Shown here piece after piece: positions 17,956 to 28,526 of a stretch of 64,000 bases of DNA (the first letter of the stretch is position 1; each line of letters opens with the position of its first letter). Source of the DNA: a virus. The translations under genes and the position numbers were made by a program. Under the pieces are notes generated by a model that had not been told where the DNA came from, searched no databases, and was given only the letters and a program-made list of their open reading frames with translations. The stretch lies in the IMG/VR virus record IMGVR_UViG_3300044535_002275, positions 1 through 64,000 of that record; one strand, written 5' to 3'.

Positions 17956-19119
17956 ATGGCCACGGCGCAACAACAGCAGAATTTTGTAGATTTTTTTTAC
18001 CAGTCTTGGAATAATAGTCCCAAGACACGCCAGGCCTATGATCGCGCAGTACGCGGCGCCCAAAATAAAACTGGTATTTCTGCTAGTGCAGTTACCGCAC
18101 TTCCGACATTTACACAATTAGTAAATGCCGGAAGTCCGTCAGTAGCAACAAATCCTCCCAATCCTCAAACACCAACAGCAACTACGCAACCGCAATTTGT
18201 TAATAATGCTGGTGGTGCTGCTACAGGTATTAGACAGGTAAATGTTGCACCAGTATCGCCTTTGGCCATTTCGTCGTTACCAACTGCACGAGCAGTACAG
18301 CAGAAAAATACTCAAGACAACGCTCGAGCACAGGCAAGATTGCAAGCACAAAAGTCTCAAGCAGCCAGCGGTGACTGGAGACTTAAACTGCGATTGGCTC
18401 CTGGTAGCGACTATCTCTATAATGCCCCAGAACCTGGCATTCTACAACCATTGCAAGTGACAGACGGGGTAATATTTCCTTATACGCCCACTATCACCAC
18501 AAATTACACAGCTCAATACAACAGCTACGATCTTACACACAGTAACTATCGCGGTTACTTTTATCAAGGAAGTCATGTAGGAGAACTAAACATACAAGGT
18601 ACATTCACTGCGCAAGACTCAAATGAAGCAGCTTATTTGTTGGCAGTAATACAGTTTTTTAAAAGCGTGACCAAAATGTTCTATGGACAGCAGGATGCCT
18701 TTAGAGGTAGCCCTCCCCCGTTGGTGTTCTTACAAGGTTATGGCGATTTTCAATTCAATCTAAACCCCTGTGTGGTACAAATGTTTGATTATAGCTTGCC
18801 AGCCGATGTAGATTACATTCGTGCTGGCGCACCTAACATTGATGGTACAAATCTACTGCAACGCCGAGACCGACAGACTACTACTGTCAGTGGCGGTAAT
18901 CCATCCAACAGCAGAATGTCTGCTGCAGGTTTGGCACCAGGCGGAGTACGTCCTCCCCCACCGCCGGTAAATTTAGGACGAGCGCAACCCACTTATGTTC
19001 CAACTAAAATGGATATAAAAATTACACTATTGCCAATGCAGACACGTTCACAAGTTAGTCGACAGTTTAGTATGGAAAATTTTGCCAATGGTTCATTGGT
19101 TCAGAGAGGTTTTTGGTAA
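17956..19119 (+). CDS. Baseplate/tail tube initiator-like protein (gp48/gp54-like)
   Basis: GVIFPYTP, F.KSVTKMFYG, GSPPP.VFL.GYG..QF...P.VV..F...LP.DVDY; first gene of the baseplate cluster; TAAATA at 17930. Confidence 0.65.
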   Translation: MATAQQQQNFVDFFYQSWNNSPKTRQAYDRAVRGAQNKTGISASAVTALPTFTQLVNAGSPSVATNPPNPQTPTATTQPQFVNNAGGAATGIRQVNVAPVSPLAISSLPTARAVQQKNTQDNARAQARLQAQKSQAASGDWRLKLRLAPGSDYLYNAPEPGILQPLQVTDGVIFPYTPTITTNYTAQYNSYDLTHSNYRGYFYQGSHVGELNIQGTFTAQDSNEAAYLLAVIQFFKSVTKMFYGQQDAFRGSPPPLVFLQGYGDFQFNLNPCVVQMFDYSLPADVDYIRAGAPNIDGTNLLQRRDRQTTTVSGGNPSNSRMSAAGLAPGGVRPPPPPVNLGRAQPTYVPTKMDIKITLLPMQTRSQVSRQFSMENFANGSLVQRGFW

Positions 19120-19419
19120 ATGGCCACTTACAACACAACTAGTCCGTATTTCTTAACAAACTACGTGCAGTTTTACTTGGATGTCATGACTGATCGTCCT
19201 CTACCCAAGGAGCAAGATGATACATTGTTTGAAATAACACAAACTTATCAATATAGACCTGATCTACTGGCCTATGACTTGTATAAAGAATCCGGTTTAT
19301 GGTGGGTATTTTATCAGCGTAATCCCAATACCTTAACTGCTCCTCCCTGGGACTTTGAAGCAGGACGTTCGATTTATCTTCCAAAAATAACAACCCTACA
19401 AACAATACTAGGATTCTAG
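19120..19419 (+). CDS. Baseplate wedge subunit, gp53-like (LysM-like)
   Basis: YQYRPDLLAYDLY....LWWVF..RNP. Confidence 0.8.
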   Translation: MATYNTTSPYFLTNYVQFYLDVMTDRPLPKEQDDTLFEITQTYQYRPDLLAYDLYKESGLWWVFYQRNPNTLTAPPWDFEAGRSIYLPKITTLQTILGF

Positions 19420-19423
19420 CACA

Positions 19424-22201
19424 ATGGCTAATTCCCTACCAGTACCGTTTGTGCCCAATATTAACGTAGGCACCAACGCAGCAACAAGAAATCCTGCTAA
19501 TTCAGCCAAAGACGACAACACTGTTCAGTCCCAGGTATCTCGCGCGGTTCGCGACAGCAACTTAGAAAGAATCATTCCACAAGACAACATTTTATCTCAG
19601 TATGCATCTTATACCTATAACATCAGCATTTACATAATGTCTCCTGATGATTATAATCAAATAGTACGTACCAAGAAATTCAAAATTCCCGGGTCTCAAT
19701 TATTGATCAGCAGCGGCGGAGCACCTAATACTTCTCCAGATGGTACCGGTCCTGCAGGAGGAAATGTTGGAGTTACCGGAGTGACTTCGCAGACGCAGGC
19801 TGATGCTTCCGCCGGACGTAACCAATTTTTTCCATTGGATTTTTATATTAACGACGTAAAATTAACAACCATGCAACCCGGTAAAGGGACTAGAAGTCCG
19901 CATTCCAACACAACACTTAATTTTAAAATTATTGAACCCAATGGGATTACGTTTTTAGATAACTTGTATGCTGCAACACAGGCTTACATAGGAAAAAAAC
20001 AAAACTACGCTTCGCAAAATTTTTTGATGTTGATTAAATTTTACGGTTACGACGAAACTGGTAAAATGGTACTGGCACAAGGACTTGAAACCGCTGCTGG
20101 AAGCAGCGCCACGGTCGAACGGTGGATTCCTTTTCAGTTTACTGGAATAAAGTTTCGTATTGCCAATAAATTAACCGAATACGAATGTTCTGCACAGTGC
20201 GTAGCTAATACTATTGCAACCGGCCAGATGCGCGGAATTATTCCCTACAACCTGGAAGTAAATGCACCAACTTTGCGAGACGTTCTGCGCGGCGATGCCG
20301 GTTATAAAACCGAAGCTCCGGTAGCTGGCCCAGCAACACCAAAAGCACCACCCAAAGCCACAACAGCACCGCAGCCAACTATTGTGTCGGGATTGGTCCA
20401 GGCCTTAAATCAGTACCAAGAAAAATTAATAGGTGCATCTTCTGATGCTGTTGGAGAACCCCCGTTTACTGTAGCCGATGTTTACGATATTATATTTACA
20501 GATTCTGCAATCGAAAATGCTTCCCTCTTGCCGCCAGGCGGTGCTCCGCAATCTCAAGGCGCAACCTTGCAACCAACAACAGCCAATCAACAGGTTAACG
20601 GTGCAGTACAAACTGGTGCTGCTAATTCCAAGACTGTTAGTGCCACAGCTGGTACTAGTATAATTCAATTCTTAGATCAGACTATACGCAACAGCAAGTA
20701 CATATATGATCAGCAGCTAAAACTTGTCACTGTCGACGGCACCGAAGTCGAAACAGACGTAGTAGATACTGGACAAGGTATAAACTGGTATCGAATTGGC
20801 CTTAAAACAGAACCTATAAAATACGATCCCAAGCGAAGAGATTATGCTTATAAGATCACTTACATTGTGAGTCCTTATCAAGTGAACGAAGTTAAAGGTC
20901 CTTATTTTCCTACTACAAAGTTTAAAGGAACACATAAAAAATATCTGTACTGGTACACAGGTCTCAATTCTGAAGTGCTAAGTTATGAACAAGATTTTAA
21001 TTATCTTTATTACCTTGTAATTAACAGCGGCCAGTCGCTGCCGTCGTTGTCACTGGATTTTCGTGAGGACGCCAAACGTGCTTATCAAACTACCAGTAAC
21101 GAAAGCAGCCAAGGTCTGCCAGGAAAAACCAATGATGCTGGTGCCAATGCAGCAGATCAATTGTATAGCCCTAGTGACTTGGCTAGAGCCAAGTTATCAA
21201 TATTGGGTGACCCAGCATGGATACACCAAAATGAACTGTGGTTTGGTGCCACCGATGTAGCAGATGCGCAAGCTCCTTTTTTCCCCGACGGAACTATCAA
21301 TACCGAAATACAAGAACCATTGTTTGAAATAGGTTTCAACAAGCCAGTGGATTATAATTTACAATCTGGGCGCATGGAAGTCAGCAGTGCTTATCTTGGA
21401 GCCAACAGATATGTCACTGGGGATGGCGGTAACGGGCTGGCAAGTCAAAGCTACATTTATCGTGCAATCAGTGTGGTCAGTACATTTGCCAACGGTAGAT
21501 TTACACAGGATCTCGAAGGAGTACTAGTAACTTTCCCCCGCAGTGCAATCAAAGCCAACGATGATGTTGATGCACAATATGTTGAAACTGAAAAAGAAAC
21601 TGAAAGATTATTGGCAAATCTCGACAAAGCCAATGCTGCTCGAGGCCCTGCAAATATATTAACACAATCTACATCTGCACCAGGACAACCGTCATCTACT
21701 ACTACACCTCCGGCTGGACAAAATCCAGCTGCTCCGGCCCCTGTAGCTCCAGCCGGAGCTCCTACCAGCAGTGGACAGCCAGTGGGTACAGCAGCAGCCG
21801 CTAACAATACTAATGCTCAGTCTGGTGGAACTCGGGTAACGACTAACCTAACAGCACAGTTTAGCGAAGCAACATTTCGTGAACGAGATCCTGCAGGAGC
21901 CGCTGCATTCCGTCAAGCACAACAAGCCAGGGAACAAGAACTTGTTGTGTCTGAAACAGCTAAACTAACAGCACAAGCTAATCAAAATAACAATGGCTCA
22001 ATATCACCACGCCAGCGAGAGTTGATAGCACAACAAGCACTGACTACAGCTCAACAGCAAAGTCGCATTGAAACTATACAACAATTTGCTCCGCAGATTG
22101 AAGCAGCCGGCGCTGGCTCTGTTGTCAGCACTACAAGTCCAGCAGCACAACAAGGCGCCGCAGTACCTCGGGCACCACAAATTGTTAGTAGGGAACCATA
22201 A
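19424..22201 (+). CDS. Baseplate hub protein (gp27-like) with low-complexity C-terminus
   Basis: Sits between the gp53-like and gp5-like genes; L.ILGDP.W and Y..ISV.STF.NG.FTQ.L hub motifs. Confidence 0.6.
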   Translation: MANSLPVPFVPNINVGTNAATRNPANSAKDDNTVQSQVSRAVRDSNLERIIPQDNILSQYASYTYNISIYIMSPDDYNQIVRTKKFKIPGSQLLISSGGAPNTSPDGTGPAGGNVGVTGVTSQTQADASAGRNQFFPLDFYINDVKLTTMQPGKGTRSPHSNTTLNFKIIEPNGITFLDNLYAATQAYIGKKQNYASQNFLMLIKFYGYDETGKMVLAQGLETAAGSSATVERWIPFQFTGIKFRIANKLTEYECSAQCVANTIATGQMRGIIPYNLEVNAPTLRDVLRGDAGYKTEAPVAGPATPKAPPKATTAPQPTIVSGLVQALNQYQEKLIGASSDAVGEPPFTVADVYDIIFTDSAIENASLLPPGGAPQSQGATLQPTTANQQVNGAVQTGAANSKTVSATAGTSIIQFLDQTIRNSKYIYDQQLKLVTVDGTEVETDVVDTGQGINWYRIGLKTEPIKYDPKRRDYAYKITYIVSPYQVNEVKGPYFPTTKFKGTHKKYLYWYTGLNSEVLSYEQDFNYLYYLVINSGQSLPSLSLDFREDAKRAYQTTSNESSQGLPGKTNDAGANAADQLYSPSDLARAKLSILGDPAWIHQNELWFGATDVADAQAPFFPDGTINTEIQEPLFEIGFNKPVDYNLQSGRMEVSSAYLGANRYVTGDGGNGLASQSYIYRAISVVSTFANGRFTQDLEGVLVTFPRSAIKANDDVDAQYVETEKETERLLANLDKANAARGPANILTQSTSAPGQPSSTTTPPAGQNPAAPAPVAPAGAPTSSGQPVGTAAAANNTNAQSGGTRVTTNLTAQFSEATFRERDPAGAAAFRQAQQAREQELVVSETAKLTAQANQNNNGSISPRQRELIAQQALTTAQQQSRIETIQQFAPQIEAAGAGSVVSTTSPAAQQGAAVPRAPQIVSREP

Positions 22202-24621
22202 TGGCAAATAATATTCAACGCAGTCGAGGTCGCGGCCAAGGTTATAAATTTGACCGAGGTGGCAATCCAGCAGAATTTGGTCCGTTTGTAGGGGAAGTTA
22301 AGAATAACGTTGACAGCAATAGATCTGGTAGATTGCAGGTCTATATCGAACAGTTCGGTGGCGAAGATCCCGATAATAAGAGTCTTTGGCGCACAGTCAG
22401 TTATGTACCGCCGTTTTACGGTTCTGTCATGCAGTCGGGCACAGATACCGGGACAGGTGATTATGTCGGCAATCCACAAAGCTACGGCATGTGGTTTACT
22501 CCTCCTGACATTGGTACTTTGGTAATTTGTTTTTTTGTTGCTGGAGATCCCAACCAAGGATACTACATTGGTTGTATTCCGGATGCCAGTGTAAATCACA
22601 TGATTCCGGCTATTGGTGCCAGCAAGAATTTCGATCTCGGTGACAGCAAAGACAAAAGTTATTTTAGTAATGCCAAGCAGTTGCCGGTAACCGAAATCAA
22701 TGTGGAAAACGAAGAGATTGATAAGAATCCTAGATTCTTTGATCAGAAGAAACCGGTACACTCGTATGTGGCTGGTATCATGCTGCAACAAGGCTTGATC
22801 GACGACACTGTTCGCGGCCCAATTACCAGCAACAGTCAAAGAGAAAGCCCCAGCTCAGTGTATGGAATCAGCACGCCTGGACGCCCGGTATACCAGGCCG
22901 GATTAAATGAGAACAAAGAAAACATTGTTGACAAAACCAACAGTGATGCCAAACGTCTAGAAGATGTTAAAATCATCTCTCGTCGAGGTGGGCACAGCAT
23001 TGTCATGGACGACGGTGATCTCCAGGGCTTTGATAACTTAATTAGAATTCGTACCAGCAAAGGTCATCAGATTACCATGAGTGATGATGGCGACTGCTTT
23101 TACATTATACATGCCAACGGACAGAGTTGGATTGAACTAGGAACTGAAGGTACTGTAGATGTGTACTCTACCAATTCAGTTAACGTGAGAACCGAAGGAG
23201 AAATTAATTTACATGCCGACAAGAACATCAACATGTATGCCGGCGAAAGTATTAACATCAAGAGCAAAACAGTTAAAATCAACAGCGATAAAGACTTAGA
23301 TGTTGCTGCAACTGGACAATTAAATCTTTATGGCAAGGCCGGCGCCGGCTTATCAAGCGAAGGGTCTTTAGGACTGAAAAGTGAAGGTGGCGGCTGGGAT
23401 GGTGGCGGCTCCTTGAACTTTAAAGGTGGTACTATCGATCTCAACGGCGGAAGCGGCCCAGGAAAGGTATCTAAGCCTACACTTATTGATGATTTAGAAT
23501 TACCTGATACTATATTTCAGGATCAAGTAGGATGGAAAGTAGAAGAAGGAAAATTAACCACAATCGTAACCAGAGCACCTACTCACGAACCATATCCGTA
23601 TCATAACCGTGGAGTCGAAGCAAGAGTTTCACTTGACGAAGGCGGCAGCACTGTAGCCACGACCGCATCAGCAACACCTACCACTGCTGCATCAGTGGAA
23701 CCGCCGTCTACTTCCACAACTGCAGTAGCAAAACTAGCAACCGAACCAGTTACTGTTCCGGTTAATCCTGCTCAGGTCTTAAAAGAAACTCCTGCTGTAT
23801 CTGGGATTGGGAATTTGTCAACTAAAGAAGTTACTGGGCTGATGAGCAGCGCAGCAGCCAGTGTGGGTCAAAGTTTTAATACATTCAGTGTGGATAAAGG
23901 TATTGGAAAATTTGGGCTAGCACCCATACAATTGGAACAACTGGGATTCCTTAAACCTGGTACAGTATCCAAGTATCTTGGCAATGCCAACAGTCTTAAT
24001 GCAGTTTTGACTAGCCCTGCAGTATGGACCGGTAAGAGCAACGTTACAAATATCAACGGTATTCTTGACAATGTTAACTTACAAGGACTCATACAACAGG
24101 ATCTCATGAGACAAGGATATGTTCAATTGCAAAAAACTGGAGTACTCAAAGGACTTGAGCCAGTAAACACTGTAGCACCGTTGATTCAGTCGACGGTAAA
24201 ATTTGGTCCTGGGGCAGTAACTCAGTGGGTCGGTGGTCAAGCCAATCAACAGATTGTAAATCAAATAAATGCACTGTCAAAAAATGCTCAACAGGCTATT
24301 AGTGTGGTTACTACCAAGTTAGGACTAGGCAATTTTGGTGGAATTATTGCTGCCATTACAGGTGTTACACAAACTGTCAGCAGAAACGTAGTGAACTCTG
24401 CGGTGGTTAATGTTATTGATAATCCTAAGGTTCCTGCTCCGGAGTTTACACCCAAGGATAGAACCACAGTAATTGATATACGTGCCGAACAGCAGGACGC
24501 AAGAGTTGCTGCGTATTTACAAGCTCGCAAAGAAGGCAAGTCAGAGGCAGAAGCACAAAATATATCAGCTGCTGTTGGCAACAATGTAGGTGCTGCTGCA
24601 CTGAGTAGAGTAACAATATAA
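22201..24621 (+). CDS. Baseplate central spike, gp5/VgrG-like
   Basis: OB-fold D..RSGRLQVYI...SYGMWFTPPDIG..V, then GGHSIVMDDG, IRIRTSKGHQI and beta-helix repeats, then PTHEPYPYH. Confidence 0.85.
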   Translation: MANNIQRSRGRGQGYKFDRGGNPAEFGPFVGEVKNNVDSNRSGRLQVYIEQFGGEDPDNKSLWRTVSYVPPFYGSVMQSGTDTGTGDYVGNPQSYGMWFTPPDIGTLVICFFVAGDPNQGYYIGCIPDASVNHMIPAIGASKNFDLGDSKDKSYFSNAKQLPVTEINVENEEIDKNPRFFDQKKPVHSYVAGIMLQQGLIDDTVRGPITSNSQRESPSSVYGISTPGRPVYQAGLNENKENIVDKTNSDAKRLEDVKIISRRGGHSIVMDDGDLQGFDNLIRIRTSKGHQITMSDDGDCFYIIHANGQSWIELGTEGTVDVYSTNSVNVRTEGEINLHADKNINMYAGESINIKSKTVKINSDKDLDVAATGQLNLYGKAGAGLSSEGSLGLKSEGGGWDGGGSLNFKGGTIDLNGGSGPGKVSKPTLIDDLELPDTIFQDQVGWKVEEGKLTTIVTRAPTHEPYPYHNRGVEARVSLDEGGSTVATTASATPTTAASVEPPSTSTTAVAKLATEPVTVPVNPAQVLKETPAVSGIGNLSTKEVTGLMSSAAASVGQSFNTFSVDKGIGKFGLAPIQLEQLGFLKPGTVSKYLGNANSLNAVLTSPAVWTGKSNVTNINGILDNVNLQGLIQQDLMRQGYVQLQKTGVLKGLEPVNTVAPLIQSTVKFGPGAVTQWVGGQANQQIVNQINALSKNAQQAISVVTTKLGLGNFGGIIAAITGVTQTVSRNVVNSAVVNVIDNPKVPAPEFTPKDRTTVIDIRAEQQDARVAAYLQARKEGKSEAEAQNISAAVGNNVGAAALSRVTI

Positions 24622-24637
24622 CAAGGTTAAATATAGC

Positions 24638-25012
24638 ATGGCTACTTTCATTGGATTCAACACAATAAATCAAAATAAAAAATTCACTCTAGTGGATTTT
24701 GAATTAGTCAAACGAGATTTTCTTAACGCACTAAACATCAGACAAGGAGAAATGCCGGGATTGCCTGGGTACGGAACTACTCTCTGGAGCTTTATTTTTG
24801 AAAATCAGAGTCCAGAAATGGAAACTGCTCTTTTAAACGAAATTCAACGGGTAGCCACACAAGATCCCAGATTATATGTAGCCAATGCCGAGGTTTATCC
24901 CCAAGACAACGGTCTACGCATAGAAATGACAATTCAAGTTGTGCCCAGCACTGAAGCACAGCGTCTTTCGTTATTTTTAGACCCTGAAACTCAAAGCGCC
25001 AACTTCATCTAA
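24638..25012 (+). CDS. gp25: Baseplate wedge subunit, gp25-like
   Basis: LVKRDFLN...IRQGE....P.YGT.LW..IFE...DPRL. Confidence 0.88.
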   Translation: MATFIGFNTINQNKKFTLVDFELVKRDFLNALNIRQGEMPGLPGYGTTLWSFIFENQSPEMETALLNEIQRVATQDPRLYVANAEVYPQDNGLRIEMTIQVVPSTEAQRLSLFLDPETQSANFI

Positions 25013-25059
25013 AAGTACCATGATATTTCTGTCGATAAATACAAGAACAGCGAGACATT

Positions 25060-28000
25060 ATGGCCAAGACTACGAGACAAACAGCAATATTCGGAGTAGA
25101 AGACTGGAAGCGTCTATATCAGACCTATAGAGAGGCTGATTTCCAAAGTTACGACTTTGAAACCTTACGCAAGAGTTTTGTTGATTATCTACGTCTTTAC
25201 TATCCAGAAACTTTTAACGACTACATCGAAAGTTCTGAATTTATTGCTCTTCTGGATGTTATGGCATTTATGGGCCAGGCCTTGGCCTTCCGTAATGATC
25301 TTAATGCACGTGAAAACTTCCTAGATACCGCAGAACGCCGAGACAGTGTTGTGCGCTTAGCCAACTTGGTGAGTTATACTCCCAAACGCAATCAAGCAGC
25401 GCAAGGATTTCTTAAAGTTTTTTCAGTAACAACAACCGAAGATATCACTGACTTTAACGGTATTAACTTGTCCAATGTCACGGTCAACTGGAATGATCCC
25501 ACTAATCCCAACTGGCTCGAGCAATTTACTTACATTGTCAATGCAGCCATGGTCGACAGTCAAAAATTTGGTCGTCCTGGTAACAGTCAAGACATTTTAG
25601 GAGTAAGAACCGAAGAATATGCTTTAAATTTGGTACCAGGATTCCTGCCTATTGTGGGATATAACAGCATTGTTGATGGAGTCAGCATGCCTTTTGAAGC
25701 GGTCAGTAGCACCAGTCAGGGTCGTGATTATGTCTACGAACCGGCACCGCGCCCTAGTGGAATTTTTAATGTACTGTACCGCAATGATCAGTTGGGTTTC
25801 GGCAGCGACAACACTGGCTATTTCTTTTTATTCAAGCAAGGTATCTTGCAAAACCAGGACTTTAACTTAGCAGAAGCTATTCCAAATCGTACTGTCAACA
25901 TCAATATTGAAGGTGTTAACAACGAAGATTACTGGCTTTACAAATTAGACAATGTAGGCTCGATTGAAAGCGAATGGCTGTATCGTGAAAGCATCTATGC
26001 TGCTGCAGTTGAACAGCTATCGCCAGAGCAGAGAAAAATTTATTCAATTACTAGCCGAGCCAACGATCAAATCACATTGACATTTGGCGACGGCGTATTT
26101 GCCGAAGTACCGGTGGGAATATTTCGAAGTTATGTTCGAGCTTCTAACGGATTACAGTATATTATCAATCCTGAAGAAATGCAGAGTATTTTGATTCCAA
26201 TCAGTTACATTAGTCGTGTGGGTCGATTAGAAACTATTACTTTTAACTGCGGTATTACTAACCCTGTCAGTAATGCACAGCCTCGCGAAACAATTGAAGA
26301 AATCAAGCAACGTGCGCCTGCTCGTTACTACACACAAAATAGAATGGTCAACGGCGAAGATTACAATAATTTTCCGTTCACTCAATACAACAACATTATT
26401 AAAAGCAAAGCAGTGGCTCGCAGTGCCACAGGAACTAGTAGATACATTGATCTCAATGACGTTACTGGCAAGTATTCTTCCACTAACATTTTTAGCAGTG
26501 ACGGCGTTTTATACAGAGAAAATCTCTTGCCTAGTTTTGAATTTGACTGGGTAAATCGCAATGACATTGTTGACGTCATTACTAATTCTATTGAGCCGTT
26601 GTTGAGCAGCCGCAGTATGTTGCAGTTCTATTATGCCAATTTTAACCGTCCAAGTCTGCAGATTTTAAATTTGGCATGGCAGCAGAGTACAACACTGGTC
26701 AACGAGACCACTGGATATTTTTATAATACTCTCAATCAAGCTCCGCAGCCCATTGGCGTCTATGCCAGCAACAATGCCAAGTACATCGAGCGAGGTGCAT
26801 TAATTAAATTTGTTCCGCCAGCTGGTTACTTTTTTGACGCCAACAATCGTTTGGTGGCCGGGATTCCTGTCAGAGCCGACGAAAGACTAGAACTTTGGGC
26901 AACAGTTTCGGCAGTGGTTTTAGATGGAACTAATTTGGGTGTCGGCAATCTCGATAACGGCACCGGCCCTGTAGTGCTTAATACTTTTGTCCCCACTGGA
27001 GCCCTTGCATTGCAAGTGATACCTAAGTTTGTAGATGATTTGCCATCTACACTTGAACAAAGTATGTTACAGCAGGTTGAATTGTTTAGAGATTTCGGCC
27101 TAGGGTACGACAACAACGACAGCACGTGGTATATCATAACCAGCACTAATCTTGCCAACGATGCACCGTTTAGTCTAGCAAATGCACAAAACACTCAGGG
27201 TATTAATCTTGACGCTTCCTGGTTGATACAATTTGTCACAGACGGAGAAAGTTATACTGTGGTTTCTCGGGGTCTTGATTATATTTTTGCCAGCGTTATT
27301 GAAACTAGATTTTTCTTTGACGGGAGTGAAAAAGTTTATGACAGTCGTACTGGTAAAGTAATCAGCGACTTTGTGAGAGTATTAAAGACGAATGCTCGTC
27401 CTGACAGCAACGAACCGTTGCCGGGTGACATAACTATGGAAATTATTGCACAGCCTGTACAAAGCGACGGTTATGTTGACGATTATCAAGTGGTGGTTAG
27501 TTACAGAGATTCTGACAGTGACGGAGTTGCTGATAATCCAGATTTCTTTGACGAAATAGTTGCGCCCACAGTTAATCCTACAACAAAATATGTGTTCTTG
27601 CAATTGACAACAGATTTTGATGACACTGAAACTTATCTTCCTGTAGCAGCTGGGATAATAAATGCTTCATATCCAACTAAAGATTCTATTGAATTAGTTA
27701 AAAACGAATTTATCAACGGACAGTTGTTTTACACTTATCAGTCTCAAGAATTTTATGAGTTAGTGATATCCAATGTTAATGGATTAATACAGCGTGTGCT
27801 CAATCCAAGACTAGACTTTTTAAGTCGTGTAGGCCGACAGAGTTTATATTTTCAGTACCGACATAATAGTCCATTGACTAATGTAATTGATCCTGGCGCT
27901 ACCAATATCATTGACTTGTACATAGTTAATCAAGAATACTATACTGCCTACCAGAACTATATCAAGGACTCAACTGGTACGGTGGCAGAACCTCTGCCAC

Positions 28001-28524
28001 CGTCGATCAGTCAGCTGAGTCTGGCTTATTCGGGACTCAATGATTATAAAATGATTTCTGACAATATGGTTCTCAACAGCGTGGTGTTTAAGCCTTTGTT
28101 TGGTGCCAAGGCAGCACCAGAACTGCGTGCAACTATCAAGGTAGTGCGTGCTCCAAAAACAACCGCTAGCATCAGTGAAATCAAGAGCCAGGTAATTGCC
28201 AACATCAACGACTATTTTACTATTGATAAATGGGATTTTGGTGATAATTTCTTTTTCTCAGAGCTGGCAGCATTTTTACATGAAAGACTGGGATCTATTA
28301 TCAGCAGTGTGGTACTGGTACCTCTGAACCCTTTAAAGAGTTTTGGTGATCTTTATGAAATACGTTCTGCACCTAATGAAATTTTTGTCAGTGCAGCAAC
28401 AGTTAATGATGTTGAAGTAATCGATGCTCTTACTCAAAGTGCAATACGTAGTCAGACTCCTGTATCGGGATTATATCCAGTCAGCAGTCTTGGCAGCAGT
28501 CTTAGTCAAACAGGCGAATATTAA
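25060..28524 (+). CDS. Baseplate wedge subunit, gp6-like (extended)
   Basis: DFETLR, FNDYIESSE, ENFLDTAERRDSV.RLA..V.Y.P, FGDGVF and ETIEEIK.RAP..Y.TQNRMV..EDY. Confidence 0.88.
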   Translation: MAKTTRQTAIFGVEDWKRLYQTYREADFQSYDFETLRKSFVDYLRLYYPETFNDYIESSEFIALLDVMAFMGQALAFRNDLNARENFLDTAERRDSVVRLANLVSYTPKRNQAAQGFLKVFSVTTTEDITDFNGINLSNVTVNWNDPTNPNWLEQFTYIVNAAMVDSQKFGRPGNSQDILGVRTEEYALNLVPGFLPIVGYNSIVDGVSMPFEAVSSTSQGRDYVYEPAPRPSGIFNVLYRNDQLGFGSDNTGYFFLFKQGILQNQDFNLAEAIPNRTVNINIEGVNNEDYWLYKLDNVGSIESEWLYRESIYAAAVEQLSPEQRKIYSITSRANDQITLTFGDGVFAEVPVGIFRSYVRASNGLQYIINPEEMQSILIPISYISRVGRLETITFNCGITNPVSNAQPRETIEEIKQRAPARYYTQNRMVNGEDYNNFPFTQYNNIIKSKAVARSATGTSRYIDLNDVTGKYSSTNIFSSDGVLYRENLLPSFEFDWVNRNDIVDVITNSIEPLLSSRSMLQFYYANFNRPSLQILNLAWQQSTTLVNETTGYFYNTLNQAPQPIGVYASNNAKYIERGALIKFVPPAGYFFDANNRLVAGIPVRADERLELWATVSAVVLDGTNLGVGNLDNGTGPVVLNTFVPTGALALQVIPKFVDDLPSTLEQSMLQQVELFRDFGLGYDNNDSTWYIITSTNLANDAPFSLANAQNTQGINLDASWLIQFVTDGESYTVVSRGLDYIFASVIETRFFFDGSEKVYDSRTGKVISDFVRVLKTNARPDSNEPLPGDITMEIIAQPVQSDGYVDDYQVVVSYRDSDSDGVADNPDFFDEIVAPTVNPTTKYVFLQLTTDFDDTETYLPVAAGIINASYPTKDSIELVKNEFINGQLFYTYQSQEFYELVISNVNGLIQRVLNPRLDFLSRVGRQSLYFQYRHNSPLTNVIDPGATNIIDLYIVNQEYYTAYQNYIKDSTGTVAEPLPPSISQLSLAYSGLNDYKMISDNMVLNSVVFKPLFGAKAAPELRATIKVVRAPKTTASISEIKSQVIANINDYFTIDKWDFGDNFFFSELAAFLHERLGSIISSVVLVPLNPLKSFGDLYEIRSAPNEIFVSAATVNDVEVIDALTQSAIRSQTPVSGLYPVSSLGSSLSQTGEY

Positions 28525-28526
28525 TA

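Noticed and set aside
22051-22839. 262-aa minus-strand ORF opposite the hub/spike genes
   Set aside because: Antisense to conserved gp5-like coding sequence; composition typical of a shadow ORF.
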